Shown in pieces: positions 28,832 to 39,997 of a DNA stretch of 64,000 nucleotides (positions are counted from its first letter, which is position 1; the number at the start of each line of letters is the position of its first letter). Made by a program: the position numbers and the translations under genes. Below the pieces are notes generated by a model, which made no database searches, was not told where the DNA came from, and saw only the letters and a list, made by a program, of their open reading frames with translations. Origin of the DNA: a virus. The DNA is taken from IMG/VR virus record IMGVR_UViG_3300009164_000001, positions 1 through 64,000 of that record. One strand, written 5' to 3'.

Positions 28832-31147
28832 TTAAAATTCTATTGCATAACTCTCAGTATTATTATCATAATAATTGACAATATCTTTTAAGTCTTGAGA
28901 GTCTAGTCTATGTTTTTGACTAAGTATTGCTGAGCTTCCTCCAAAGTTTTGCCAGTTTTGATCTACATATCTAATATAAGGATGCCCTGCCCCATCTGAT
29001 TCTACAACCATGTGTGCAGGCATACGTCCATTTTCCCCTAAAATTGTAACCTCTCTAGTAGAAACTTCTCCTTTTTTATGCATATCTAATTGTGCAACTA
29101 ATCCGGCCATCCTGTTTTCAGGAGTATTTAACATTTTGTCTAAAGTTGTGTTACGAATGTACTGCCCATCTAAGTGAACTGTTTTGTTTATAGGGGCATC
29201 TTTTGTTCCCCCAACAAGTTTTAATTCGTATATGTTGTTAGTCATATTCCACCCAACATCGGCTACTGTAAATCCTGCAAGCTGAGCTCCAGTAATAGTT
29301 GTAGCACCTTCTTCAGTAATATCTGTAAGTGTAAAGTCTGCAGTAATAGGTTTGTTTACAAAGAAATTTTGTATAGCAGATGTTAAATTTTTAGATGCTT
29401 CTAAAGTAGGAGCATCAATACGTCCGTAGTTAAACGTAGTAGAAGTTTTAATTTCTTTAAATTGACTGTTTATTCTATCGTCAAACTTATGTCCTAAATC
29501 AAGATCAATTGTTGTTGCTGCTGCTGTATTTTTATTTAATGCAAATGGGTCACCATATGCTCTACCTGTAACAATATCTTTTGCATCTTGTGTAGATGTC
29601 CCATTAGGTATACCTGTTTTTGAAGGATCATTTTTAACTCCTGTAAATTCTGTTCCGTATTTTTCTTTAAATTTATTTTTAAAGTTAGCATAATCTTGAC
29701 CATTTACATCGTCAGCAGCTTGTTGATATCTTATATATAATTCTCCAGGTTTTGCCCAAGGATATAATTCTTTTAAAACTGTGTAAGTTTGCCAAGCTGT
29801 TGGAGAAGATTTTACAATATCATTTTCACTAATAACTCCGTTAGCTGCAGTAAACATTTGTTGTTGAATAAGAAGAGCTTGATCTTTATAGGATTTTAAA
29901 GTAGCTCTTTCTGCTTTTAAAGATTTCGGAGATAAACTAGCTACGTAGTCTGGGTTATTTAATTTTTGCTCAAGTGCATATGCTGATGCAAATGCATTTT
30001 TCATGTTAGTTGTTTTTTCATCAAGATTAGCTCCGTTTCTATCTGCAAGGCTAACTTTACCCACAACTTGAAGACTTTGGTTAGCAAGTTCCCATTCTCT
30101 ATCTTTAAGATATGATTCAGAGAATTCTTTACTTCTAGTACTGCTTTCACTTCTTATAGCTTTCTTTTCTCCATAAGATTGGTAAGGAGCTATAATCTCG
30201 TCTTCGTATTTATTTTTAATGTAATCGTAAGACAGTTTTTCATCTGCTGCAACTTTTGTAGCTTTTGCAATTTCTCCAGTTAATGTTTCAATTTGATTTT
30301 TAATTTGAACTCTTTCGTCACTTTTAAGACTAGGGTCATCAAGCTTAGCAGTAAGTTTTCCAAGTACATTTGAGTAGTTGTCAGCCATAGAGGTTACAGT
30401 AGCAGATGCCCCTTGCCCTTTTGTAGCTGCATAAGCTTTCATATCTGCAAATTGATTTACATAAGCTTTTACATCTGGTTCAGAAAGTACAGCATCAATT
30501 ACGTCTTGAACATCTCTTTTATCAATTGTAATTACTTCAGTATCTGTAGTAAACTTGTACATGTTACCTTCTCCAGTGTACCCAGTAATTTTATTTTTAA
30601 AAGTTTCAGGTTGCAGGATAGCTAATCTAGCTTGTAACTTTTCCATAATTTTAGGATCTTTTACAGCAGTTGGAGCAGAGAACATTGTTCCTTGCTTTGC
30701 TCTTCCTGTAGCTTCGTCCATTTCAAACCCTTTATATCCCTTTACCATGTAAGATGGGAATAGGTTTGCATACTCTTCGTTAACATCTCCTTTCTTAACA
30801 CTTTCTTGAAGCTCAGTCATAGCTGCTGCATAACGAGTATAGTTCTCTTTGATAGGAGCATATTTACGAGAGAAGTCTTTTGCTTCTTTATGAATTACAA
30901 AACCTAAGTTTTCAAAGTCTCCACGATTAGCAATCTGTGCAAGCTTCTCATCTAATTGAGCTTGCAATTCCTTCTTCTTCATCATATCGTTTTCAAAAGG
31001 CAATGCAGCTTGCATCTGATCAACAGCCATAGCCAATTGATCATTTGCTTTGAAACTATCCATATAACGATTATGGAGAGTCTCCCCTATCTCTATAGAC
31101 TTTGGGTCTACATACTGACTTACATATTCACCAAATTTATACGGCAT
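28832..31147 (-). CDS. putative internal virion/cargo protein
   Basis: 771 aa, helical; lies between the cargo protein and the giant ejection proteins. Confidence 0.55.
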   Translation of the reverse strand: MPYKFGEYVSQYVDPKSIEIGETLHNRYMDSFKANDQLAMAVDQMQAALPFENDMMKKKELQAQLDEKLAQIANRGDFENLGFVIHKEAKDFSRKYAPIKENYTRYAAAMTELQESVKKGDVNEEYANLFPSYMVKGYKGFEMDEATGRAKQGTMFSAPTAVKDPKIMEKLQARLAILQPETFKNKITGYTGEGNMYKFTTDTEVITIDKRDVQDVIDAVLSEPDVKAYVNQFADMKAYAATKGQGASATVTSMADNYSNVLGKLTAKLDDPSLKSDERVQIKNQIETLTGEIAKATKVAADEKLSYDYIKNKYEDEIIAPYQSYGEKKAIRSESSTRSKEFSESYLKDREWELANQSLQVVGKVSLADRNGANLDEKTTNMKNAFASAYALEQKLNNPDYVASLSPKSLKAERATLKSYKDQALLIQQQMFTAANGVISENDIVKSSPTAWQTYTVLKELYPWAKPGELYIRYQQAADDVNGQDYANFKNKFKEKYGTEFTGVKNDPSKTGIPNGTSTQDAKDIVTGRAYGDPFALNKNTAAATTIDLDLGHKFDDRINSQFKEIKTSTTFNYGRIDAPTLEASKNLTSAIQNFFVNKPITADFTLTDITEEGATTITGAQLAGFTVADVGWNMTNNIYELKLVGGTKDAPINKTVHLDGQYIRNTTLDKMLNTPENRMAGLVAQLDMHKKGEVSTREVTILGENGRMPAHMVVESDGAGHPYIRYVDQNWQNFGGSSAILSQKHRLDSQDLKDIVNYYDNNTESYAIEF

Positions 31148-31156
31148 GGCATTTTA

Positions 31157-34100
31157 TTATATCGATTGTTTAGCTGTAGTATTTCTTTTAGTAGACAAAT
31201 CACCTAGACGAGATGTGTATTTTCTACCCATTCCACCAAATCTTTTCTCCTCTTTGTCATCTGCTAAAACTTGTACTACTTTATATCCTAAGTCAGAAGC
31301 AATTTGCTGAAGCTCTCCTTCTGATTTTTGGTACACAGGGCTTTCTGGATTCTTAGCTTGCTTTCTTAATTGCTCCATTATCTCGTAACGGTTAAGTGAT
31401 CCAGTTTTATCCAGACCTCTTGCAATTCTGTATTGCATATCAAGCTTACGTTGGTCCATTGACATTCCTGCAAGGCCTTTACCAAGAGCTTCTGCAACCC
31501 CTAAGTTACGTTCATCCATGTATTGGTTCTGATTGATATCAGCCATCATGTTTGACTTACTTGCTTCAAGTTGTGCAGCTTGGTTTCTTCCAGCAACTTC
31601 AGCAGCTATCTGTGCTTCTGAGTTTTTAATTGCTCTGTTTTCTTGATCTTGTCTTTGAGATATTTTAGCAATTTCATCAGCTGTTTTAGTTGCTACACTT
31701 TGCATGGCAATGATTTTACCAGGACCTAAGTTTGTATTCTTTAGGTAGGTATTCATAGCATTTTGTTGACGACGTGCATCTTCAATTTCTCCTGACTTAT
31801 CTACTCTTGCAAGACTTGGGGCAGTTACAGATTGAGCTGCAGCCATGCCAGCAGTCTTTTTATAAGGCTTAAGCATTGCATAAGCAGGCCCTGCTAACTG
31901 TGCTAAACCTCCAAGAAATCCAGGGTGCTCTTCTAACCAAGTCTTACTTAGATCTAATTTTCTTTCTGGATCTTTAGGAAGGTTTCCTGGCTCTCCATTA
32001 TCTTGAGGTCTAAAGTTATAATCTAAAAGCTCTTGCTTTAACCCATCTTGAACTTTAAGATCTGTTTTTGTAGAAACAGGAAATGGTATAGGCTGATTTG
32101 TTTTAGGATCTCTAATATAATCTCCAGTCTGGGCATCCATTCTATATTCAACAAGTTGGCCATTTAGCATAAATCCGGTGCTAGGCTCATTTGTAGGACC
32201 CGTTGGAAGATCGTAATTTTCCATCCCCGTATAATCTTTGAAATCTTTATATGATGATTTCTTTTTAGGATCTTTCTTTTTGCCACCTCCAGCATATTCT
32301 TGCATGCCACCAGTTCTAGCAATCTGTTTAGGATCACGGCCTGCTTGCTCTTCTTGCTGACGAGCTAAGTCTTTTATGATATTTTTTTTAGAAATAGGGT
32401 CTAAAGACGGATTAGAAGCAATAGCTTTATGTGCTTGAGAATACGGTTCTCCTTTTGGAGTTTTTAATACACGAGAGAAGAAGTATTGGTTTCCGTTAAT
32501 TTTAGTTCCAGTTTCTTTATCTTCTACTTCAGTATATTTATCAAGCTTAATTCCTCCTTCTTCATGGGTATTTCCTAAATACTCAACATCATTAGAGTTT
32601 GGGATAGGTTTAATCTTTCCACCTTCTGCATAACGAGTTCCTCCAAGGTCGTTGTAAGATCCTCCAAACTCATAGCAATTAGGATCCATCATTCCACCAT
32701 CAGCATGGCTGTTTACTTGTTGACAATGTTTGTTTAATTGTCTTTGAAAAAAATCTGCACCTGTCTGTCTTTTGCTGTGGTCACCTCCATAGTTAGCTTT
32801 ACCTTTTTTAGTAAATAAACCACGAAGACCTCCACCACCTCCACCAGAACTTTGCTCTTCTTCAACAGGCCTTTCTTGTCTAAAGCCTAAGTCTTGATCT
32901 CCTTCCATTAAGTTGTTGTTCCAGTCATTTAACATTCGAGTTCCTGGACGTTTAGGATCTGACTGATAATGGTCAAAGAAAGTTCCAGGCTCTTTTCCTG
33001 CATCCACACGACGCTGCTCTGCTGGAGAAAGAGGCATTTGTGGATAAGGAATTCTATCTTGAAGTGTATGAGGATCAGCAGAATCAATGTCTACTCTACG
33101 GGCTTTTGCCCAATCCATATTGTACTGCTGTTTCTTTTGCTGGTACTCTTTTCTAGCATTTCTTCTAGCACTTTGCTCATCAAACGAATTGTACATTTCC
33201 CCAGAAGCTTTGTCTTCCTCAGGGGCAACAGCAGGAGTAGTAAAGTAGTTAAATTGTGGAGTGGCTTGAGCTACTGGATCACATGCCCCTGTTGCAGGAT
33301 TGTATGTAGTTCCTGGAGGACATTCTGATCCACCCATAGCATATCTTTTCATACCACCGTTACGAGCCATTTGATTTCCTCCTCTATAGGAGTCCATCAT
33401 TTTGCTGTTAATGAAAGAATTATTAACTGCAGACATTTGATCTGTATCAGCCATAGCAAGTTTACCTGCTTCTTCTGTTGATGCTTTGTTATCTTTTATA
33501 GTGTCGTAAATTCCATAACCAAGTCCAGCAACTGCTCCTGCTAATGTTCCATATGGGCCTGCTACTGAACCGTAGCTTGCACCTTTTCCAACACTTGCCA
33601 TGATGTTACCTACACCATAATGGTTTCTTTCTTTTTTTGTAAAAGTAGCAGCGTTGTTATCACTACCAGTATTTTTAATTATTTCTCCACCAATATTTAA
33701 AGCTGCTGCTACAGGCTGTCCGTAAGAACTTACTCCTGCCATAAATGAGCCTGCAGTATTTGCAGCATTAACAGCAGTTGATCCAACACTAGCTCCAGTA
33801 GATGCAAGATCTACTCCTGCCTCTCCAGCCATTGCTGCATTTGTACCAAACTCTTTAGCTGCAGTACTAGCTACTGTTTTTGTAGCTGCGGCAGCTGCTT
33901 GTTTAGCAGCTCTTTCTGCAAAAATATCTTTACCAGTGCTAAGTGCAAGTTTACCCAGCTCCATACCAGATTGTTTAACAACATCTTGTTGCTGCTTTTT
34001 TTGGTCTTCATTAAGTTTTTTTAACTCGTCTTGAGTTTCTTTTAATGATTGTAAAGCAACGTTTTGATTTTTACCTGCCTCATCTGCTGCAGATTGCCCT

Positions 34101-34222
34101 AGGTAATATGAAGCCTGTGGAGCTTGTGAAACTCCACTTAGGTTATATCCAGCTAAAGAGTACTTCTTAACTTTCTTTAGTGCAGGTTTTTGTTGTTGTC
34201 TACTAATTAGTTTTTTGGCCAT
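31157..34222 (-). CDS. cargo/ejection protein (crAss cargo-1-like) with xxGG repeats
   Basis: 1021 aa; directly downstream of the muzzle; Gly/Ala hydrophobic helices, G.THEEGG...EVE..E motif, multiple [YFM]xxGG motifs. Confidence 0.65.
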   Translation of the reverse strand: MAKKLISRQQQKPALKKVKKYSLAGYNLSGVSQAPQASYYLGQSAADEAGKNQNVALQSLKETQDELKKLNEDQKKQQQDVVKQSGMELGKLALSTGKDIFAERAAKQAAAAATKTVASTAAKEFGTNAAMAGEAGVDLASTGASVGSTAVNAANTAGSFMAGVSSYGQPVAAALNIGGEIIKNTGSDNNAATFTKKERNHYGVGNIMASVGKGASYGSVAGPYGTLAGAVAGLGYGIYDTIKDNKASTEEAGKLAMADTDQMSAVNNSFINSKMMDSYRGGNQMARNGGMKRYAMGGSECPPGTTYNPATGACDPVAQATPQFNYFTTPAVAPEEDKASGEMYNSFDEQSARRNARKEYQQKKQQYNMDWAKARRVDIDSADPHTLQDRIPYPQMPLSPAEQRRVDAGKEPGTFFDHYQSDPKRPGTRMLNDWNNNLMEGDQDLGFRQERPVEEEQSSGGGGGGLRGLFTKKGKANYGGDHSKRQTGADFFQRQLNKHCQQVNSHADGGMMDPNCYEFGGSYNDLGGTRYAEGGKIKPIPNSNDVEYLGNTHEEGGIKLDKYTEVEDKETGTKINGNQYFFSRVLKTPKGEPYSQAHKAIASNPSLDPISKKNIIKDLARQQEEQAGRDPKQIARTGGMQEYAGGGKKKDPKKKSSYKDFKDYTGMENYDLPTGPTNEPSTGFMLNGQLVEYRMDAQTGDYIRDPKTNQPIPFPVSTKTDLKVQDGLKQELLDYNFRPQDNGEPGNLPKDPERKLDLSKTWLEEHPGFLGGLAQLAGPAYAMLKPYKKTAGMAAAQSVTAPSLARVDKSGEIEDARRQQNAMNTYLKNTNLGPGKIIAMQSVATKTADEIAKISQRQDQENRAIKNSEAQIAAEVAGRNQAAQLEASKSNMMADINQNQYMDERNLGVAEALGKGLAGMSMDQRKLDMQYRIARGLDKTGSLNRYEIMEQLRKQAKNPESPVYQKSEGELQQIASDLGYKVVQVLADDKEEKRFGGMGRKYTSRLGDLSTKRNTTAKQSI

Positions 34223-34233
34223 AATCGTAAGGT

Positions 34234-37200
34234 TTATCTACTCGTAGTACGGTAGTTAGCTTTAGCTGTATACAAATTTATTAAATTTTGAGCTCGGTTG
34301 TTAGAAATTAATCGTATTCCTAAGAATTTATCTATGAACTTTCTTTGCTCATACCAAGGTTTGTTTGGCTCTAAGTAAGCAGTGTTTACTATTCCTTCTG
34401 ATGTAAACATAGGAATTATACCTCCAGGAGCATATGTTCCTGTGTAATAGTCACCGTTTACATTTACTTGGTTTTGAGCCAAAGTTGTATTAAAATTTAT
34501 TTTTGATAAATCTCTGAAGTCATTAAACACCCAGTTGTGATCAACTTTTCTAATGTTTTTAAGGTAAGTTAAATCTTTAACCCCTGAAATTTGCTCAGTA
34601 GTGTAAACATAGAAACTGGTGAATCCAGGATTTAAAGTTGAAGTTACTTTAGAGATGTTATTAGCATCTGCTTTATATGTTTCTAAAAAATAAGTGATAG
34701 CCGAATATAGTTTATTATCACTTTTAGTAGTTGAAACAGCCCCCGTTTTAGACGTAGATACATCCCCAGTAGATATAAATTCAAACTCAAAATTAGATAC
34801 AACACCATAAAAATTACCAGGATTAACATAATCATTATGTACATAAAACTTCGATGTAGGTAATGAATTAAAGCTGTACAGGTATTTAGTATTGAATGCA
34901 TAAAGTGGTGGTATATAAGAGTGTCTACTAGCCCAAGCACCTGTGTCTAAAGATAATGAAATTGTCCATCCCCCTTTTGTGAAATTAGTTCCTTCTATAA
35001 GAGGTATTGGCTCTCTTTTAATTTTATCTGTAACAAGTCCTCCAGTGATAACAATGGTTCCTAAAGTAAGTTGTGAATTAAAAGCATTTGTAGGGATAAG
35101 GTCTCGTTTAGTTATGATAATTCTTTTTAACAATGGATCGTAACTAACAAGGTATCCAAAGTTATTTGTTGGGGCATCTAGGTTTATTCCAGCAAGAGAT
35201 GCTCCGTAGTTTTGTAAAGCAAATGGTACATTCTCTCTAGCCCAAGTTGATAATCCAAGGTCAGTTAAATCTTGTACTTTGTCTGTAATTAAGAAGATTT
35301 TTCTAGAGTTTCTAGATATAAACACATACCCATCTTTGGTTACTAAGGCTCCCATTTTATTGGTTAATCCCATGTACCCATCTGTAGATTGCACGAATTC
35401 ATCAGGTTCTTGTGCAAATAAGTCACCTGAACCAATGTATGCTTGAGATGCATCAGCTAACTCAAGGTTTTGTTTACCTTTTGTTTTGAACAAACTCTTT
35501 TCAGTATGAATGTAAATTAATGCATTCAAGTTGAAGATGTTTGTAATAGATCCTTTGTTTTGCCCAAAGTCTTTAAGATCAATTGCTAAGAAATAACGAT
35601 ATGAATCTGTAAAGTTACCGTCTTGAATTATTGATCTGATTACACGGTTAGGAAACAAGTTAGTAGATTTGTCTTTCTTTGGGTAAGGTATTGCTACTCT
35701 AATATCTTGTAAAGCAGAATAGTGTTCTTCGTAAAGTAAGTTTTCTTTTTTAGTAAGGTCATGTACAGGAGATCTCCACAATACATCTGTAGCAGTGTAC
35801 TTATCAAAGTACATACTATCAGCTGTGCTTACTCCTTTTTCTGTATCCCCACAATAACGGAAATTGATATTGTCATCAGATTCTATTATAATTTGATGTA
35901 AAATTGCATGAGGATCCCAATAAGCATTATCATCACCTAACCAGTTATTGTTATCAAGAATATCTGAATTGCTAGTATTAATTTGTTGATCAAGTGGTAC
36001 ATAAGAAAAAGTAGAATTAATGTTATCATCAACAATATTATCATCAAGAGAATTAGTAAATTCTGCGTAAAATGGTTCTTTTTGATTTCCAACTTCTTGT
36101 TTAAAATATCTAAATCCATATGCTTGAGACGTTAATCTATAAGCATATCTACATATGTAAGTATCTCCTCCAAAAATGTCAGGAGTACGTACTCCAGTAT
36201 AGTAATTACCTATTGTTGGATCATCTCCTGTAGTGATATTAACTTGTAATGTAGATTTATAGAATCCAGTCCACACTAATCTTTGAGCATCAAATGGTTC
36301 AAATACGTCTGTTTTTGTTGAACACAAATTTGCTATGTATATGTTTGGTCTTGAATATTGTCTAGTAGCCGAGTAATAAGGATTAACTTTTTTTAAAATT
36401 GAAGCATCTTCTCCAATATAAGGATATTTACCTGTACCATGTAAAGGTGGAATTCCCGATTTCAAACCAAGCACAATTGAGCTTTCTCCACTTAGATTTA
36501 ATAAGTATGTTGCTCCTTTAAATGCAGTTGAAGAACTGTTTTTAAGAATTGATAATCCTGCTAAATAACTTGCACTGTCTGGATCTAATGGAAATATAGT
36601 TTGATTTGCTCCTAAAAATGACTGGTTACCGTCGGCTGCTCCAACAGCTACTCCAAAATCTACTCCAGTAGTTCCAGGCATATTATATTGTGCTGCAACC
36701 ATTAAAAGTCCAAAAGCATTTGAAGTTCCATAAACAGGAGTGTCATCTGCATCATAATTATCTGTGTTTCCCAAAGTAGAACTTATCCATTGGTACTCTG
36801 TTTCTCCACTTCTAAATTGAGTAAAACTCCAACTACTATCTACTGCTGGTGGGTCCCCGGCATTCATGTACCCAGGTTGAATTCCTTTGTGCCTTCCTCT
36901 CCATTGTTGCATTGTTGCAACATATTGCAAATCTATATGAGTTGCTTGCCCTAAACTTTTTTGAGTTCTAAGTAAATTAAAGTCATGAAATTTAAATACT
37001 GATTGAGCTACTACGTTTTCGTTAGGTGTACTTGCCCAAGGATAGGCTGCATAAGCAAACGACTCCGTGTGAGGCAAAGCATCCATATACCATAAATGAT
37101 AATATGGACCAAATTTAGCATCATCTATTTTATTAAATAAATTTCCTGATTTAATCCATTTAGCTGGATGAAGCCCACTTTGTCCTATTATTGTCTTATC

Positions 37201-39087
37201 ACCTTGGTTTCTTTTTGCATAATACACTTTATATCCTTGTACTTGCTGAAGAATGAATTTAGGAATTTTTAAATTTGCTAATTTAAATCCTAGTATTCTA
37301 GTAGTTTCCTTAAATGTTGTTTTAGAAATATTTGAAATTTGTGCAGAAGTTAAAGGTGGGTTTGAAAAATTTGTATTAGTAACTAATGTAGAAAACGAAG
37401 GATTATGGTTAGAAGGCATTTTGTGGTGCCTAACTTTTGTGTTTCTTATAGTTTCTGTGTATACAGGTGTACCAGACCCATCTACACTAAATACATCAAA
37501 GTCTGGAGAATCTGGATAAGTTTCATTTTTGTTTTCCCAATATCCAGTTGTCTGACTTACATGCAAGCTTGTATCTAAATACTGATACATTGCTCCATTT
37601 GGATCTGTTTGTAAAAATTCTGCAGGGTTAAATCCTGAAACATCAACATTATTTAGAGAACCGTTTTCCCAAGATTTAACTACATTACGTCCAGGAATAT
37701 GATATGCATAACTTTCTGTACCATCTTTAAATATAAATGATATATAGAACGAGTATACTTCTCCTCTTCTGTAACTTTTTTCTTTAAACAATCTGTTTAT
37801 ATTTCTATATCCTCTGTCTTTCCCATTTTGCAATGGGTAAGTTATTTGAGAAATATAATTATAATCTACTGGAAAAGGATAGTTTAAATCTTGAGAAACT
37901 GCTGCATACCCATAATTAATATTGTATAGATCATAACTTCTAGGATCAAATTCTACAATATCTTTTGTAATGGCTTGCAACTGTATTCCGTTAGCAAATC
38001 TTTGAAATCCTAGGTCTTTTCTTCCAGTTAAGTTTGCAGCATACATTCTATTATCTAACTGTGCAATAGATTTTGCACTGAGATAATTGACTTTATCTAA
38101 TACTGCATCTTCTACAGTAGCTTTATCTACTTGTTCTAAACCACTATATGTAATGCTTATAGTTGTAGTTTTAATTTCTACAAACTCAAGTTTGTACACA
38201 AATTGAACATCTCCTATTTTTTGAAGTACATATGGTACAACGTATGTGTAGTCAATGTTTAAATTTGTTAAATCCCATTTGATAGATTTGTTTGTTTCAA
38301 CTCCACCTGGAGCTCCTCCAATCATTTCAAATGGAATATAGTTTTCTGAAGATGGGTGTACATATACTGGATTAGCCATCCCTAAAACATTAGTTTCAGT
38401 AAAGTCTTTATCTGCATATGCCACTGCTAAATAGTAAGCACCTGTTACAACTCCACCACCTTCTACTATAGATGCGGCATTAAATTCAGGAATTCTTCCA
38501 GAATCCATAAACATGTTAAGCATGGTTATATTCTGACCTGTAGATGTGTATAATTTGTTTGAGGTGCCTCCAGAAGCTAAGAAAGTCTGCTGTCTTGTAA
38601 CATTAAATACTCGTGGAGGATTATAGTACTCCGGGTATTCAATTTTAGTTACAGGCTCTACTGTGAACTTGTATTTGTTATCTGTGAAGTATATAATGAT
38701 TTCTCCTGTAGGAGAAACTCTAAATTCTCCCGTAATAGGGTTATCTATATCAAAATTTAAATGGCCAGTTGCTTCTCCAGTAGTTGTTGTAAGTAAAGCA
38801 AGTAAAATGTTTGTTGAAGTATTTACATAAAAAATACTTGAAGTAGATGTTGGAGTACCAGCTTTGTTAGCAAAAATTATAAAGTTGTCATCAGGAAGAG
38901 CAATCTGGCCGACAGGTAAAAATCCTGTTGGGAGATTTGCCACAAGTTTGTTTCCAAATTCATTGCTAATAGCTCCTTTATTAATGTCCACTACAGCATT
39001 AAGTGCATCTCTATATGTACCGTCGACCTGATCTGAAAGACCAGTATCTTTGTTCATCCCCTTTAAAAACTTTAATTCTGATGCCAT
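34234..39087 (-). CDS. tail muzzle / stabilization protein
   Basis: 1617 aa, beta-rich; N-terminal KGMNKD...YRDALN...NE.GN; YRRGEVY.F; GGDTYI; W.S.HSY.P; position after a ring protein. Confidence 0.75.
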   Translation of the reverse strand: MASELKFLKGMNKDTGLSDQVDGTYRDALNAVVDINKGAISNEFGNKLVANLPTGFLPVGQIALPDDNFIIFANKAGTPTSTSSIFYVNTSTNILLALLTTTTGEATGHLNFDIDNPITGEFRVSPTGEIIIYFTDNKYKFTVEPVTKIEYPEYYNPPRVFNVTRQQTFLASGGTSNKLYTSTGQNITMLNMFMDSGRIPEFNAASIVEGGGVVTGAYYLAVAYADKDFTETNVLGMANPVYVHPSSENYIPFEMIGGAPGGVETNKSIKWDLTNLNIDYTYVVPYVLQKIGDVQFVYKLEFVEIKTTTISITYSGLEQVDKATVEDAVLDKVNYLSAKSIAQLDNRMYAANLTGRKDLGFQRFANGIQLQAITKDIVEFDPRSYDLYNINYGYAAVSQDLNYPFPVDYNYISQITYPLQNGKDRGYRNINRLFKEKSYRRGEVYSFYISFIFKDGTESYAYHIPGRNVVKSWENGSLNNVDVSGFNPAEFLQTDPNGAMYQYLDTSLHVSQTTGYWENKNETYPDSPDFDVFSVDGSGTPVYTETIRNTKVRHHKMPSNHNPSFSTLVTNTNFSNPPLTSAQISNISKTTFKETTRILGFKLANLKIPKFILQQVQGYKVYYAKRNQGDKTIIGQSGLHPAKWIKSGNLFNKIDDAKFGPYYHLWYMDALPHTESFAYAAYPWASTPNENVVAQSVFKFHDFNLLRTQKSLGQATHIDLQYVATMQQWRGRHKGIQPGYMNAGDPPAVDSSWSFTQFRSGETEYQWISSTLGNTDNYDADDTPVYGTSNAFGLLMVAAQYNMPGTTGVDFGVAVGAADGNQSFLGANQTIFPLDPDSASYLAGLSILKNSSSTAFKGATYLLNLSGESSIVLGLKSGIPPLHGTGKYPYIGEDASILKKVNPYYSATRQYSRPNIYIANLCSTKTDVFEPFDAQRLVWTGFYKSTLQVNITTGDDPTIGNYYTGVRTPDIFGGDTYICRYAYRLTSQAYGFRYFKQEVGNQKEPFYAEFTNSLDDNIVDDNINSTFSYVPLDQQINTSNSDILDNNNWLGDDNAYWDPHAILHQIIIESDDNINFRYCGDTEKGVSTADSMYFDKYTATDVLWRSPVHDLTKKENLLYEEHYSALQDIRVAIPYPKKDKSTNLFPNRVIRSIIQDGNFTDSYRYFLAIDLKDFGQNKGSITNIFNLNALIYIHTEKSLFKTKGKQNLELADASQAYIGSGDLFAQEPDEFVQSTDGYMGLTNKMGALVTKDGYVFISRNSRKIFLITDKVQDLTDLGLSTWARENVPFALQNYGASLAGINLDAPTNNFGYLVSYDPLLKRIIITKRDLIPTNAFNSQLTLGTIVITGGLVTDKIKREPIPLIEGTNFTKGGWTISLSLDTGAWASRHSYIPPLYAFNTKYLYSFNSLPTSKFYVHNDYVNPGNFYGVVSNFEFEFISTGDVSTSKTGAVSTTKSDNKLYSAITYFLETYKADANNISKVTSTLNPGFTSFYVYTTEQISGVKDLTYLKNIRKVDHNWVFNDFRDLSKINFNTTLAQNQVNVNGDYYTGTYAPGGIIPMFTSEGIVNTAYLEPNKPWYEQRKFIDKFLGIRLISNNRAQNLINLYTAKANYRTTSR

Positions 39088-39097
39088 AATTTTAGTA

Positions 39098-39991
39098 TTA
39101 GAAGTATCCTCTTCCGTAAGCTCCTCTGTTTAATTCTTCTCTTGTTCCCAAATTCTCGAAGAAGTTTGCATGTCTGTTCAAGTTTGGGATAAGTCTTACC
39201 CACTGATTCATGAATGATTCGTACTTATCGATGCTTGGGAAGTTAGCTTGATTACGTGCTTGAGTACAGTAGTATTTCCACTTAGTATCTGCAAAATTGT
39301 AATCAATTCCATTCATAGCTGGGGTATATCCCCCTAATAACATTTGTTTGTAAATGTACCAAAACATAGCTTCTTTAAAGCTGATGTCGTCTGGCACCAT
39401 TGGGTAACAGTCTTCATCTACTGGAAATGCTGTGTAGCTAAAACAAACTACTCCTTTTTCAAATGAAGTATTAAGATAATCCCCATTGATTGTATAGGTG
39501 TCTTTTGATTTAGCAAACTTGTTTTCACATTGTTCACAGTGAAGTCCAATAGGGAAATTGTTTGTCCCGTACTGCAATGGTGATAATGGTTGCCCTGATG
39601 AAAGGTAAAGGTTTTCAATTACTGAAATCCTTGCATTTAACTCTCTAAGTTGGTAGTTAAATCCTGTAGCATCATCTGGGTTAGACTGAATAAGATCATT
39701 TAAAGCTTTTACCTCAGCAAGTAATTCAGTCAATTCAGTCGACATTGACGGACTAATTGTGTTGTTAATAGCCACTTGATTTATGTAATACAAATCAGCT
39801 GGCATTACAGTTTTGAAGTTTTCGATATTTAAAACACATCCTTTTTGAACAAGCTGTGGGGCAGAGCCAATATGCTCTAGAGCCTCTCCAGTCCATTCAA
39901 CAGCATCATCAATCCAGTTATCTCCAGGGGGTTTTAAGTCCCTCATGACTTTACGGATAATTACTTTGCTAGATACGTTTTTATAAATCAT
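39098..39991 (-). CDS. tail ring / head-tail adaptor protein
   Basis: crAss-like gene order (IHF, ring, muzzle); P.D.Y and YPMVPD motifs. Confidence 0.6.
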   Translation of the reverse strand: MIYKNVSSKVIIRKVMRDLKPPGDNWIDDAVEWTGEALEHIGSAPQLVQKGCVLNIENFKTVMPADLYYINQVAINNTISPSMSTELTELLAEVKALNDLIQSNPDDATGFNYQLRELNARISVIENLYLSSGQPLSPLQYGTNNFPIGLHCEQCENKFAKSKDTYTINGDYLNTSFEKGVVCFSYTAFPVDEDCYPMVPDDISFKEAMFWYIYKQMLLGGYTPAMNGIDYNFADTKWKYYCTQARNQANFPSIDKYESFMNQWVRLIPNLNRHANFFENLGTREELNRGAYGRGYF

Positions 39992-39997
39992 GACTAA

